59,897 bases of DNA from the NCBI GenBank assembly GCA_964454905.1, contig CAYVTR010000008.1, positions 1 through 59,897 on the forward strand, in the 5' to 3' direction. This document shows positions 51,233 through 59,805 of this stretch, in pieces. A program made the translations under genes and the position numbers. The notes below the pieces were generated by a model. It was not told where the DNA came from, did not search any database, and saw only the letters and a program-made list of their open reading frames with translations. Each line of letters opens with the position of its first letter. The first letter of the stretch is position 1. Source of the DNA: an uncultured Woeseia sp. (GTDB lineage Bacteria > Pseudomonadota > Gammaproteobacteria > Steroidobacterales > UBA11654).

Positions 51233-51901
51233 ATGAGCAAAGCAATTGTTCTTTTGTCAGGTGGTATGGATTCTTCTACAGCCTTGTCCATAGCCATCAA
51301 AGAAGGTTTTAAATGTTACGCTTTGACACTGGATTATGGCCAGAGACACCAAAATGAAATTAATAGTGCGAAAAATATAGTCAAGGATTTTGAAATTATT
51401 GAGCATAAGTTGCTTTCAATAGATCTTACTGTTTTTGGGGGTTCAGCACTTACTGACGGTAATTTAAAAGTCCCAGAGAAAGAATCTACTGGAATCCCTA
51501 TAACTTATGTACCAGCAAGAAATACAATTTTTTTCTCATTGGCTCTAGCTTGGGCTGAAGTTGTACAGGCTGATGCAATATTTTCTGGCGTTAATGCTGT
51601 TGATTATTCTGGTTATCCTGATTGCAGACCAGAATACATAGCTGCTGTACAGGACTTATTTAATCTTGCCACCAAGATTACCTCTGAAGGGAAAGATATA
51701 GAAGTTCGTGCCCCTTTAATTAATATGGATAAAAAAGAAATCATCAAGATAGGGATAGAAAATGGAATTGACTTTTCTAAGACAGTTTCATGTTATCAAT
51801 TGGATCATAACGGTAAGTCTTGTGGGTTATGTGATTCTTGTAGAATTAGATTAAGAGCATTCAAAGAATTAAGTCTAGAAGATAATATTGAATATGTTTA
51901 A
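51233..51901 (+). CDS. queC: 7-cyano-7-deazaguanine synthase
   Basis: SGGMDS, YGQRH, TYVPARN, GYPDCR, SCY..CGLCDSC. Confidence 0.97.
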   Translation: MSKAIVLLSGGMDSSTALSIAIKEGFKCYALTLDYGQRHQNEINSAKNIVKDFEIIEHKLLSIDLTVFGGSALTDGNLKVPEKESTGIPITYVPARNTIFFSLALAWAEVVQADAIFSGVNAVDYSGYPDCRPEYIAAVQDLFNLATKITSEGKDIEVRAPLINMDKKEIIKIGIENGIDFSKTVSCYQLDHNGKSCGLCDSCRIRLRAFKELSLEDNIEYV

Positions 51902-51959
51902 AATTCTGTTTTATTTCTGAGACCTAGGTTATTATTCACCAGATTTTTTATTTTACTTG

Positions 51960-52035
51960 GGGCCGTTAGCTCAGTCGGTAGAGCAGCTGGCTTTTAACCA
52001 GTTGGTCGAAGGTTCGAATCCTTCACGGCCCACCA
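51960..52035 (+). tRNA. tRNA-Lys (anticodon TTT)
   Basis: GGGCCGT/ACGGCCC acceptor stem, D-arm AGCTCAGTCGGTAGAGC, CTTTTAA anticodon loop, GTTCGAATC, encoded CCA; 76 nt. Confidence 0.98.
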
Positions 52036-52167
52036 ACCACTTTTAACCTAATGTTTAGTAATTTAGATTAATCTGTTTCATAAGTTGCCCTCAAGATCTT
52101 TATCAAGGAGAATAAACTTAGAGGGGAGTTGATTCCAATTTTAGACCATAGGATCCATCACTCATTA

Positions 52168-52275
52168 ATGAAAAAAAACATAAAAAAATATTGGATTATT
52201 ACATCAGTGATCTCATTATTTTTTTTTGCTATGTTGGTTTTTATTTTTATTTTATCTTTACCGAATAGTAATTAA
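52168..52275 (+). CDS. Possible 35-aa single-TM peptide (MKKNIKKYWIITSVISLFFFAMLVFIFILSLPNSN)
   Basis: Basic N-terminus plus hydrophobic helix; stop 3 nt before the next ATG; no strong SD. Confidence 0.45.
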   Translation: MKKNIKKYWIITSVISLFFFAMLVFIFILSLPNSN

Positions 52276-52278
52276 GTT

Positions 52279-52947
52279 ATGAGTAATACAACTATTCAAT
52301 TAAATGAAGAACTCTATGACTATCTTTTGTCAGTCTCTTTAAAAGAGGATGAGGTACTCACAAGTTTAAGAAAGACTACTTCTTCCATGCCAGGTTCCAG
52401 AATGCAGATTGCCCCTGACCAAGGACAATTCATGGCCATGTTAATTAAAATTATGGGGGCAGAAAGATTAATTGAAATTGGAACATACACCGGCTACAGC
52501 ACCCTGGTTTGTGCTATGGCAATGGATAAAGGACAAATTATAGCTCTTGATAGTGATCCCGTATCCACATCTGTTGCTAAAGAATTTTGGAAAATAGCTG
52601 GAGTTGATCATTTAATTGACTTCCGTCTTGGAGACGCCTTGGTATCACTAGATAAAATTATTAATGATGAAGATGGTTTATCTAGTTTTGATTTTATTTT
52701 TATCGATGCAGACAAGAGAAATTATAAAAATTATTATGAAGTAGGATTGCAGTTATTAAGAGAGAATGGGATTATTATTTTCGATAATGTCTTATGGAGC
52801 GGAGCAGTGGCTGACTCCAAAGATCAAAATGAAAATACTGTTGCTTTAAGGGAACTGAATGACATGTTGTATAAAGATAATAGAATTGAACTCAGTATGA
52901 TTCCTGTTGGTGATGGTTTAACGATTGTAAGAAAGAAAGAACAATGA
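52279..52947 (+). CDS. Cation-dependent O-methyltransferase (caffeoyl-CoA OMT family)
   Basis: MQIAPDQGQ, EIGTYTGYS, FIDADKRNY, DNVLWSG, GDGLT. Confidence 0.93.
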   Translation: MSNTTIQLNEELYDYLLSVSLKEDEVLTSLRKTTSSMPGSRMQIAPDQGQFMAMLIKIMGAERLIEIGTYTGYSTLVCAMAMDKGQIIALDSDPVSTSVAKEFWKIAGVDHLIDFRLGDALVSLDKIINDEDGLSSFDFIFIDADKRNYKNYYEVGLQLLRENGIIIFDNVLWSGAVADSKDQNENTVALRELNDMLYKDNRIELSMIPVGDGLTIVRKKEQ

Positions 52948-53315
52948 AAGATTCACTAAATGTCTTTGGCGAGCCTCTTAATGAATGTAGCAATTCTCCT
53001 AAAACTGGTTTTTTTAGAAATGGTTGTTGTGATACTTCAGATGAGGACTTAGGCAGTCACACAGTGTGTACTATTTTGACTGAAGAATTCCTTAAGTTTA
53101 GTGCATCAGTTGGAAATGACTTGTCTACACCAATGCCTGCAGTAGGTTTTCCAGGTTTAAATCCAGGAGACCAATGGTGTTTATGCGCTCCAAGATGGCA
53201 ACAAGCTTTTGAAGCAAGCTCAGCTCCTAAAGTAGTTTTATCTTCTACACATCAAGGCGCCTTAGATTATATTGACTTTGAAAACCTAAAGAAGTTTGCG
53301 GTTGATATTAATTAG
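52944..53315 (+). CDS. DUF2237 family protein
   Basis: NVFGEPL..CS..P.TGFFRNGCC, GNDLSTP, PGDQWCLCA.RW. Confidence 0.92.
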   Translation: MKDSLNVFGEPLNECSNSPKTGFFRNGCCDTSDEDLGSHTVCTILTEEFLKFSASVGNDLSTPMPAVGFPGLNPGDQWCLCAPRWQQAFEASSAPKVVLSSTHQGALDYIDFENLKKFAVDIN

Positions 53316-53428
53316 GTCTTGTTTTAAATTTTGAATCAAAAAAGAATCAAATTGTAATTTCATAAGATTAAAAATATCTTATTGATTAAACTTCTAATAA
53401 TATAGTTTTTTATCAAATTTAAAATTAA

Positions 53429-54379
53429 ATGAATATTAAGAAAACAATCTTATTTTTCCTAGTAATCCTTATTCAAGGTTGCTCTCTAACTCAAGAAAAA
53501 GACTTTGGGAATCAAACACAAAGATTGGAGCAACTATCAGTTGAAAATAGGCTAATAGCAGAAGATCTTATTACATTTATTAAAGATTCAGATAAAAAAT
53601 ATTTTAGTTGGGCAGGCTGTATAAATCATGACTCAACAGCCATTGATACCAATTGTCTTAGTAACGAGAATGGCAATACTTCTGATGATACGTTTATTTC
53701 AGATACAAAATATTCAGACTTTGATGTCAGAGTGGCTAGAGGACCTGTAGTTGAAAAAATTGGTCGAATGAATTCAGAGGGCAAGATGACTGCTCCAGGA
53801 AGAGGCGAAAAGAGGAAATTATTATGGGGTCGCTTCTATTCCATAGATGTTCATCCAAAAACTCCATTAGTGGGAATGTTGCATGCAACTTTAGTCCTTC
53901 AAATTTTTGAAGATGGTTCTATAGGAACTGGCGGTTGGCTTGATGTAATGCCAGGCACTAGAGTTGAGAGTGATATTGAGTATCTGAGAAAGGTTACAGA
54001 TGACTATTTTGAAGAAAATAATAAGGATCCAAGCTTATACAGAAGATTGGTTTGTAAAGGCACAGAGGAAACTATTTTTGAATTTAGAAGAAAGCCTACA
54101 TGTGCTGGCGTTAGTTTTTATGGACCTCCAGTTTATAGGGAAAGCGGGGAGTTAAGTTACCGATTTATCAAGGGAATGTATTCTGAGTTTGTCGATGCCT
54201 ATTTTGAGATTATTGAAGAAAGGATGGACGATCCTTATACTCAGGAAGATTTAATTGCTCAAGAGAAAATGAGAAAAAGCTGGCTAATAGATCAATTATT
54301 TTCTGACCCTTTTGCGAGCAAGATTGTTCCATTTGATGTATGGGCAACTGCTAATGTTGCACCCACTGTTAAATTTTAG
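53429..54379 (+). CDS. Predicted lipoprotein with distant coproporphyrinogen III oxidase (HemF)-like fold
   Basis: Lipobox LIQGC; RGPVVEKIG, SIDVHPKTPLVGMLHA, GGWLDVMP align by eye to HemF G.VFEK.G, SLV.HP.NP..P..H.N, GGG.DLTP. Confidence 0.65.
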   Translation: MNIKKTILFFLVILIQGCSLTQEKDFGNQTQRLEQLSVENRLIAEDLITFIKDSDKKYFSWAGCINHDSTAIDTNCLSNENGNTSDDTFISDTKYSDFDVRVARGPVVEKIGRMNSEGKMTAPGRGEKRKLLWGRFYSIDVHPKTPLVGMLHATLVLQIFEDGSIGTGGWLDVMPGTRVESDIEYLRKVTDDYFEENNKDPSLYRRLVCKGTEETIFEFRRKPTCAGVSFYGPPVYRESGELSYRFIKGMYSEFVDAYFEIIEERMDDPYTQEDLIAQEKMRKSWLIDQLFSDPFASKIVPFDVWATANVAPTVKF

Positions 54380-54388
54380 GACGGTAGA

Positions 54389-55000
54389 GTGAATTCAGAA
54401 ACAATTCAACACGATACAGAAACAATACAAGACGAAGATCCTAACCGTTTTTTTTGGTACTTCATCTATTTATTAATTACCTTTGTTAGTGCATTGCCTT
54501 TATTTGGTTTAAGACTTAGTGATTTTGGCATTAATTATTTATTACTATTATTTATTCATGAATTTTCTAGCTTCCTCTTTTTTGGCCATACTTTTTTCTC
54601 AAACATTTGGGCCATGCAAATTCGATTCCATCAACCTAAAGAAGTGGGTATTTGGGCCAGGTCTTTTTTAAGAAAAGGTGCCTTGTCTATCACAATGACT
54701 ACCTCGATTATTATCCCAATATCTGGATTAATGCTTATTGAATCATGGGGAGGATTACATAATGCTCCTTGGGCTTGGAATGCTTATTTTGCATTCTGGT
54801 TAATGGCCGCTATAAGCATTACTCCGGATGTTATTCGTTATGGTAGGAATCGAAACTCAGGTGACCCTAAACATGGAATGGTCAGTGGGGCTATTCGAGG
54901 TAATATTGGTACAGTTTTAACCATTTATATCATTTGTTGCATGATCATAAAAATTGCTTGGATAACACCATTTGTAAAATGGGCGATGTTCTCAGATTGA
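54389..55000 (+). CDS. Integral membrane protein, DUF2269/HemJ-like helical bundle (tentative)
   Basis: About 5 TM helices, membrane His (LFIHEFS..FFGH), P.SG, W..L..APW, M..K C-terminal pattern. Confidence 0.55.
   Translation: MNSETIQHDTETIQDEDPNRFFWYFIYLLITFVSALPLFGLRLSDFGINYLLLLFIHEFSSFLFFGHTFFSNIWAMQIRFHQPKEVGIWARSFLRKGALSITMTTSIIIPISGLMLIESWGGLHNAPWAWNAYFAFWLMAAISITPDVIRYGRNRNSGDPKHGMVSGAIRGNIGTVLTIYIICCMIIKIAWITPFVKWAMFSD
54396..54437 (+). repeat. Imperfect 21-nt tandem duplication (ETIQHDT/ETIQDED)
   Basis: cagaaacaattcaacacgata / cagaaacaatacaagacgaag. Confidence 0.7.
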
Positions 55001-55004
55001 TATT

Positions 55005-56000
55005 TTATAGATTGTCTTTCTGATTCTTGAATCTATCATCAATCCTAGTTTCTTTTTTCATAGCTTCAGAATTAGCTTCTGCCTGAGCAAGACCATCCTG
55101 TATATTCTTTTGCTGGCTTACTGGTTTATATAGAATTCCTTTATCTGGATTTATAAATTGTTTAAGTGGGCTAATCTCATGATGTCCATCTATGGCACAA
55201 AAACGAGTAATAGAATACCTATCATGAGATATAGGTGGAACCCTGTGAGGCGTTGCTTTAACTTTACCATTAGTCATTATTTCCAACATATCTCCTAACA
55301 TTACGATGATCTCATAACGAGTTGAATCAACCATATGCCATTTTCCAGAACGATGTTTCAATTGCGAACCTTCTGCAGATTGGGTCAGGAGTGTAAAAAC
55401 CTCATAATCTGTATGGGCACTGATGCCAAAGAGGTTATCTTCTGGAATGCCCTCAACAGCAGGATAGTATATTAACCTCATACCAGAAGGAGACATTTCT
55501 GTCATTTTCTTGGAAATAAAACCCTTGTTTATTACTAAAGCCTCCTCAATTTTATTTGCCAATTGATTCTCTACTTTTGAGAATTCTAAATAGTAGTCAT
55601 AAATTGATTTCTTAAAATCAGGCATTTTAGGTGGCCATAGGTTTGGACCAAAATTTTCAAATTCATGGTCTATTTCTTCTATCTCATAACAGATATCAAA
55701 TGCAGAACAAGTGGCTTTTGTATTCGCAGAATAAGCTGGTTCTTCTCCGCAAGGCGACCATCCTCTTCCTCCATGGGCATAGCGATAATGTGTTGCTTGT
55801 TTTATTGGGTCAGAATCTTTCAAATCATGAAAGGTTTTCGACTGACTATACGCTTCATCTATAACTTTCTCTGAAACGCCATGATCGATAAGAAGAAAAT
55901 AACAATCTTTGATTAATGCATCTCTGAGTCTTTGTAATTCAGTTGACTGATCATGCTGATTAGAATCATCTAGGAGTCTTTTTAGGTTTATTTTTTTCAC
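55005..56000 (-). CDS. 2-oxoglutarate/Fe(II) oxygenase, IPNS-like
   Basis: GPNLWP, HTDYEVFTLL, GDMLE..TNG...TPHRV, RYS. Confidence 0.92.
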   Translation of the reverse strand: MKKINLKRLLDDSNQHDQSTELQRLRDALIKDCYFLLIDHGVSEKVIDEAYSQSKTFHDLKDSDPIKQATHYRYAHGGRGWSPCGEEPAYSANTKATCSAFDICYEIEEIDHEFENFGPNLWPPKMPDFKKSIYDYYLEFSKVENQLANKIEEALVINKGFISKKMTEMSPSGMRLIYYPAVEGIPEDNLFGISAHTDYEVFTLLTQSAEGSQLKHRSGKWHMVDSTRYEIIVMLGDMLEIMTNGKVKATPHRVPPISHDRYSITRFCAIDGHHEISPLKQFINPDKGILYKPVSQQKNIQDGLAQAEANSEAMKKETRIDDRFKNQKDNL

Positions 56001-56080
56001 AAAACAAATATATTCTTTAAATCAATTAGGTTAATTTTATATGATCTTTTATAAGATAGAAGGTTAATAGCTAAATAAAA

Positions 56081-56359
56081 ATGAAAAGTCGAATACAAAT
56101 AATTGAACATATATTGAGAGATAATCTAAGCATTCATCAGTTGATTGCAGAGGATCAAGGTCATTTGCATAAAGGCCATAAACCAGCAAAAGAAGGCAAG
56201 ATGCATTTGAAGATATCAATAGTGAGTAATGATTTTTCAGGTATGTCTCCAATCCAACGCCATCAGAAAGTTTATTCTTTGTTAGATGAATTTCTTAAAG
56301 ATGAATTACACGCGCTTTCGCTAGAATTAAAAACAATAGAAGAATTGAAGATTATTTAA
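56081..56359 (+). CDS. bolA: BolA family protein
   Basis: D.GHLHKGH, H.KI.IVS..F.G...QRHQ.VY, LHAL. Confidence 0.9.
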   Translation: MKSRIQIIEHILRDNLSIHQLIAEDQGHLHKGHKPAKEGKMHLKISIVSNDFSGMSPIQRHQKVYSLLDEFLKDELHALSLELKTIEELKII

Positions 56360-57717
56360 TTTTTTACTGCAATTATTCCAGCATGATCTTTACCATAATC
56401 AGAGCTTGCTCTTGCAGGCCCAAAAAATTTTGCTGAGATAATATCAAAACCAGCAGCTTTACATTCTCTTGCTAGAGTATCTGGGTCTAAACAATTCATA
56501 TGAGGAGTCATACCTTTTGGCAATTTTGGTACGGGTAAGCAATCTAATACATTCTCAATAAATCCAGGGAAGGGCTCTCCTGCCTCTAGATTCTTTTCAA
56601 ACTGTGGTAAATAGTTTTTCCACGGACCTGAAAAACAAGTATCAGTAATCAAATAAATTTGCCCTCCAGGTTGAAGCCATTTGTACATATTTCCTAATGT
56701 TTCTATTAATTCATCAGGTGTTAGGAAGTGTAAACATCGTGAACAGTGAATAGAGATAAAAGATTCATTCTCAAAATCAATATTTGGGAGTGTACCAACT
56801 TTAGTTGTGAGATTAGATTTTAGTTCTTCAGGTGTTTCTTGTAATAGAATATCCAGATGTGCTTGATCCATATCTGATGCAAGGATTTTAGCACCTTTCT
56901 CAAGAGCAGCAATAGAGGCAATGCCATAAGCACAGCCTACATCAAGAGAAAGTCCTTTCATTTTAGAAGAATCTTCAGCAAAAGACTTGGAGACATCATT
57001 TAAATCTTCTTCCATAAAACCTCGCCCATTTAAGCAAGGTATAAGTCCTGGTATATAAGCTTTTGGCATAACCTTTTTTCCTCTAATTTTAGACAAAAGG
57101 TTAATTAGTATTGGCTTAAAAAAGCTTAGTCTCCTTTTAAAGCTGACTTTATATTCCTTGTTCTCATCGTCCATAATTCTTCTATGAAAGGCTTCAAATT
57201 TTGGATGAATGTTTCTCTCATAGAGTTGCATAAGAAAACGATTGGTTATGGAATGGATCAACGGAATTTTTACCCACTGTTTATACAACTCTTGCATATA
57301 TATCACAGGTGTTTTATGACTTTCAGCATAGGCAATAAATTTCCAGCCTTCTTTCTTTCTTCTAAATAAAGCATTAATCCTGGCATCGCCTCCCCAAGCC
57401 TTCATTGGCCCCCTCATTTTCATATCATGTCTCACCCAACCAACAGCAAAAACATATTCATCTGACAAGGGTTTGACCTTAATGTCATAAAATCTCATAC
57501 GAATGGCTTCAAGCATTCTTCTTCCAGGAACTGGTTCCCAGTATTTTCTTAGAGCATCCCACCCAATTTTCCAGTCAGCTTGCTCTTCAGCCAAATAAAA
57601 TGGGTCTGTGTCTTCTTCATCCCAAAGAGTTTTTAAATCTCCATATTTTTGTGAATCCCATATACGTTCAGCTGATCTGAAAACTTGTTCAATTTCGTTT
57701 TGAATTTCTTGTGTCAT
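56356..57717 (-). CDS. Fusion of SnoaL/NTF2-like domain and class I SAM-dependent methyltransferase
   Basis: N-terminal WD..D..P.Y..E...GW..L..YW ... WKF..YAE; C-terminal LDVGCAYG, SDM, SRCLHF, LQPGG; strong AAGGAG SD. Confidence 0.8.
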   Translation of the reverse strand: MTQEIQNEIEQVFRSAERIWDSQKYGDLKTLWDEEDTDPFYLAEEQADWKIGWDALRKYWEPVPGRRMLEAIRMRFYDIKVKPLSDEYVFAVGWVRHDMKMRGPMKAWGGDARINALFRRKKEGWKFIAYAESHKTPVIYMQELYKQWVKIPLIHSITNRFLMQLYERNIHPKFEAFHRRIMDDENKEYKVSFKRRLSFFKPILINLLSKIRGKKVMPKAYIPGLIPCLNGRGFMEEDLNDVSKSFAEDSSKMKGLSLDVGCAYGIASIAALEKGAKILASDMDQAHLDILLQETPEELKSNLTTKVGTLPNIDFENESFISIHCSRCLHFLTPDELIETLGNMYKWLQPGGQIYLITDTCFSGPWKNYLPQFEKNLEAGEPFPGFIENVLDCLPVPKLPKGMTPHMNCLDPDTLARECKAAGFDIISAKFFGPARASSDYGKDHAGIIAVKN

Positions 57718-57761
57718 TTTTCTTATATCTCCTTTGTTATACTTTATATAAACAATGCTTT

Positions 57762-58742
57762 ATGTCAAAAATTGAATCATCATCCGCACAATTGAATTTT
57801 GCGATAATCAGTGTCGCAGATTTGAATAAATCAATTGAATTTTACACAGATATCATTGGTCTGAGATCTTTACCTATTATGGAATATGAGACTGACTTTG
57901 ACATAAATATGTGGTCTGTTCCTAAGGGCACTAAAATAAGACAATCTTTATGCCATAGAGATAATAGCGAGGTAGGCCAAGTGCTATTGATTGAATTCTC
58001 AACGAGTAAAAAAAACTACATAAGAGCTGACCTTAACGCTGGGATGGTTAGGGGTTTTTGGAATATTAATTTTTATGTAAGAGATATTCAACACTCGGTT
58101 GAGATTTTAAAGAATAAGGGCTACTTACCATGGTCAGAGCCAACCGAACATCAAATTGGTGATCAAGTTGGTACACCCATAGAAGTTATAGTTGATGGCC
58201 CAGATGGCGTGTCAGTAAATCTAGTGCAATTGCCAGAGAACTCTCAAAAAGAATCAATTCAAGATATGTGTAGTTTTTTTCAATCAAATGGAACCACCAA
58301 TAAAGGTTTTACAGAAATCGTTACGACTTCTCACTGCGTCAGTAATACTAAAAATGCTAAGAACTTTTATCACGATGTTCTTGGCATGCAAGAGATGTTT
58401 AGTGATATACTGAGTGCGAAAGAATCTAATCAATTTCTTAGAAGACCTGACCAAGGGAAAACGCTAATTACCTTTATGAAAGGAAAGCATTTTTATGGAA
58501 AGATTGCTCTCTCTGAACCTTTAAATTATAAGGTACCCAATAATATAAAAAACGCATGCCCACCAAACATAGGTTATTTCGGTCAGGGATTTTTTATTAA
58601 CGATATTGAAAAAATTTTGACAATAAATAATTTAAATATACTTCACCAAGGTCCAATTCATATTAGTGCAGAAGAGGTGAGAGAAGCTATTAGTCTTAAA
58701 TGTCCTGGCAGTGATGCCCTCATTTATTTGTTAGAACATTAG
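57762..58742 (+). CDS. VOC/glyoxalase superfamily protein (start ATG 57762)
   Basis: ISVADLNKSIEFYTDIIGL, GPDGVSVNLVQ, second repeat FYHDVLGM. Confidence 0.82.
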   Translation: MSKIESSSAQLNFAIISVADLNKSIEFYTDIIGLRSLPIMEYETDFDINMWSVPKGTKIRQSLCHRDNSEVGQVLLIEFSTSKKNYIRADLNAGMVRGFWNINFYVRDIQHSVEILKNKGYLPWSEPTEHQIGDQVGTPIEVIVDGPDGVSVNLVQLPENSQKESIQDMCSFFQSNGTTNKGFTEIVTTSHCVSNTKNAKNFYHDVLGMQEMFSDILSAKESNQFLRRPDQGKTLITFMKGKHFYGKIALSEPLNYKVPNNIKNACPPNIGYFGQGFFINDIEKILTINNLNILHQGPIHISAEEVREAISLKCPGSDALIYLLEH

Positions 58743-58771
58743 GATATAATTTCCTAAATGAAGGAGAAAAG

Positions 58772-59803
58772 ATGATGACAGAAATAGGTGTAGTAATGGA
58801 ACCTGTTCCCCAATGCTCTGCTGAAATGGCCTCTTTGATAGAAGAAATGGGTTTTGACATGGTCTTATGCCCTGACACTCAGAATTTATCGGCTGATCCT
58901 TATGGACAGCTTGCTTTAATAGCAAATGCCACAACTACTCTAAAAATGGGAACTGGTGTCACTCACCCAGTCACAAGAGCAGCTGCAGTCACTGCTTCAG
59001 CTATGGCATCATTACAAGAAGAATCTGGTGGACGAGCTATTTGTGGAATTGGTCGAGGTGATTCCGCTGCTGCTCATATCGGTAAGCGTCAGGCAACCAC
59101 AGAGGAACTAAGGAACTGTGTGTTAACTATAAAACATTACCTAAGAGGGGAGGCCATTGATGTGGGCGACATGCAATCACCAATTCGGTGGATTGATCCA
59201 GAAATTATTAAACCAGTACCAATAGACATTGCTTGCACAGGACCCAAAACAATAGCTATGGCTTGTGATGTTGCAGATCGAGTCACCTTTGCAGTTGGCA
59301 GTGCAACAGAAAGGGTTGAATGGGCAATGCATACTGCACAAGAACAGATTGAGAAAACGGGACGGTCTAGGAATGATTTTAAAATAGGGGCGTATATTAA
59401 TTTAATCTGTGATTACGATGAAAAAAGAGCTATTTCTATGGCAAGAATGTTAGCAGGTCTGGTTGCACACTTTACTGCTATGAAACAAGCACCAACTGAA
59501 CATTTACCAAACCAATTAAAACCTATAACTGAGAAGCTTCAAACTAATTATGATATGAAGAATCATTCTAGCGAAAAAGGCGATCACCTTGATCTTATTG
59601 ATGATGAGTTCATAGATTGGTTCACAATTGCTGGATCACCACAAAAATGTATTGATCGTTTAGGAGAATTAATTGAACTAGGGCTGGATCATATTTACTT
59701 ACTTGGTGGTTCCCCAATTCCTGAACCAAGAGATGCAAGACTTAGAGCAATGGTTGAGCAAACAGAAACCTTTGCAAAAGAAGTTCTACCCAACTTCAAA
59801 TAA
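58772..59803 (+). CDS. LLM-class flavin-dependent oxidoreductase (Mer-like)
   Basis: PDTQNL..DPY, GTGVT.PVTR, SGGRAICGIGRGDS, GPK, AGSP..C. Confidence 0.9.
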   Translation: MMTEIGVVMEPVPQCSAEMASLIEEMGFDMVLCPDTQNLSADPYGQLALIANATTTLKMGTGVTHPVTRAAAVTASAMASLQEESGGRAICGIGRGDSAAAHIGKRQATTEELRNCVLTIKHYLRGEAIDVGDMQSPIRWIDPEIIKPVPIDIACTGPKTIAMACDVADRVTFAVGSATERVEWAMHTAQEQIEKTGRSRNDFKIGAYINLICDYDEKRAISMARMLAGLVAHFTAMKQAPTEHLPNQLKPITEKLQTNYDMKNHSSEKGDHLDLIDDEFIDWFTIAGSPQKCIDRLGELIELGLDHIYLLGGSPIPEPRDARLRAMVEQTETFAKEVLPNFK

Positions 59804-59805
59804 AG

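Noticed and set aside
50583-51901. 7-deazaguanine DNA-modification (dpd) defence system, with the EVE protein as reader
   Set aside because: queE-queC sit in their usual cpoB/tRNA-Lys housekeeping context; no dpdA or tgt paralog; the EVE gene is distant and of the common stand-alone type.
52081-52140. SAM, SAH or preQ1 riboswitch
   Set aside because: Only a short ttatcaag resemblance to SAM-I; the core consensus elements were not found.
642-58934. Many antisense or overlapping ORFs in the six-frame track (e.g. 26363-26920, 34104-34559, 8848-9258, 15474-15881)
   Set aside because: They lie opposite or within well-supported genes, have no recognisable motifs, and are typical shadow ORFs.
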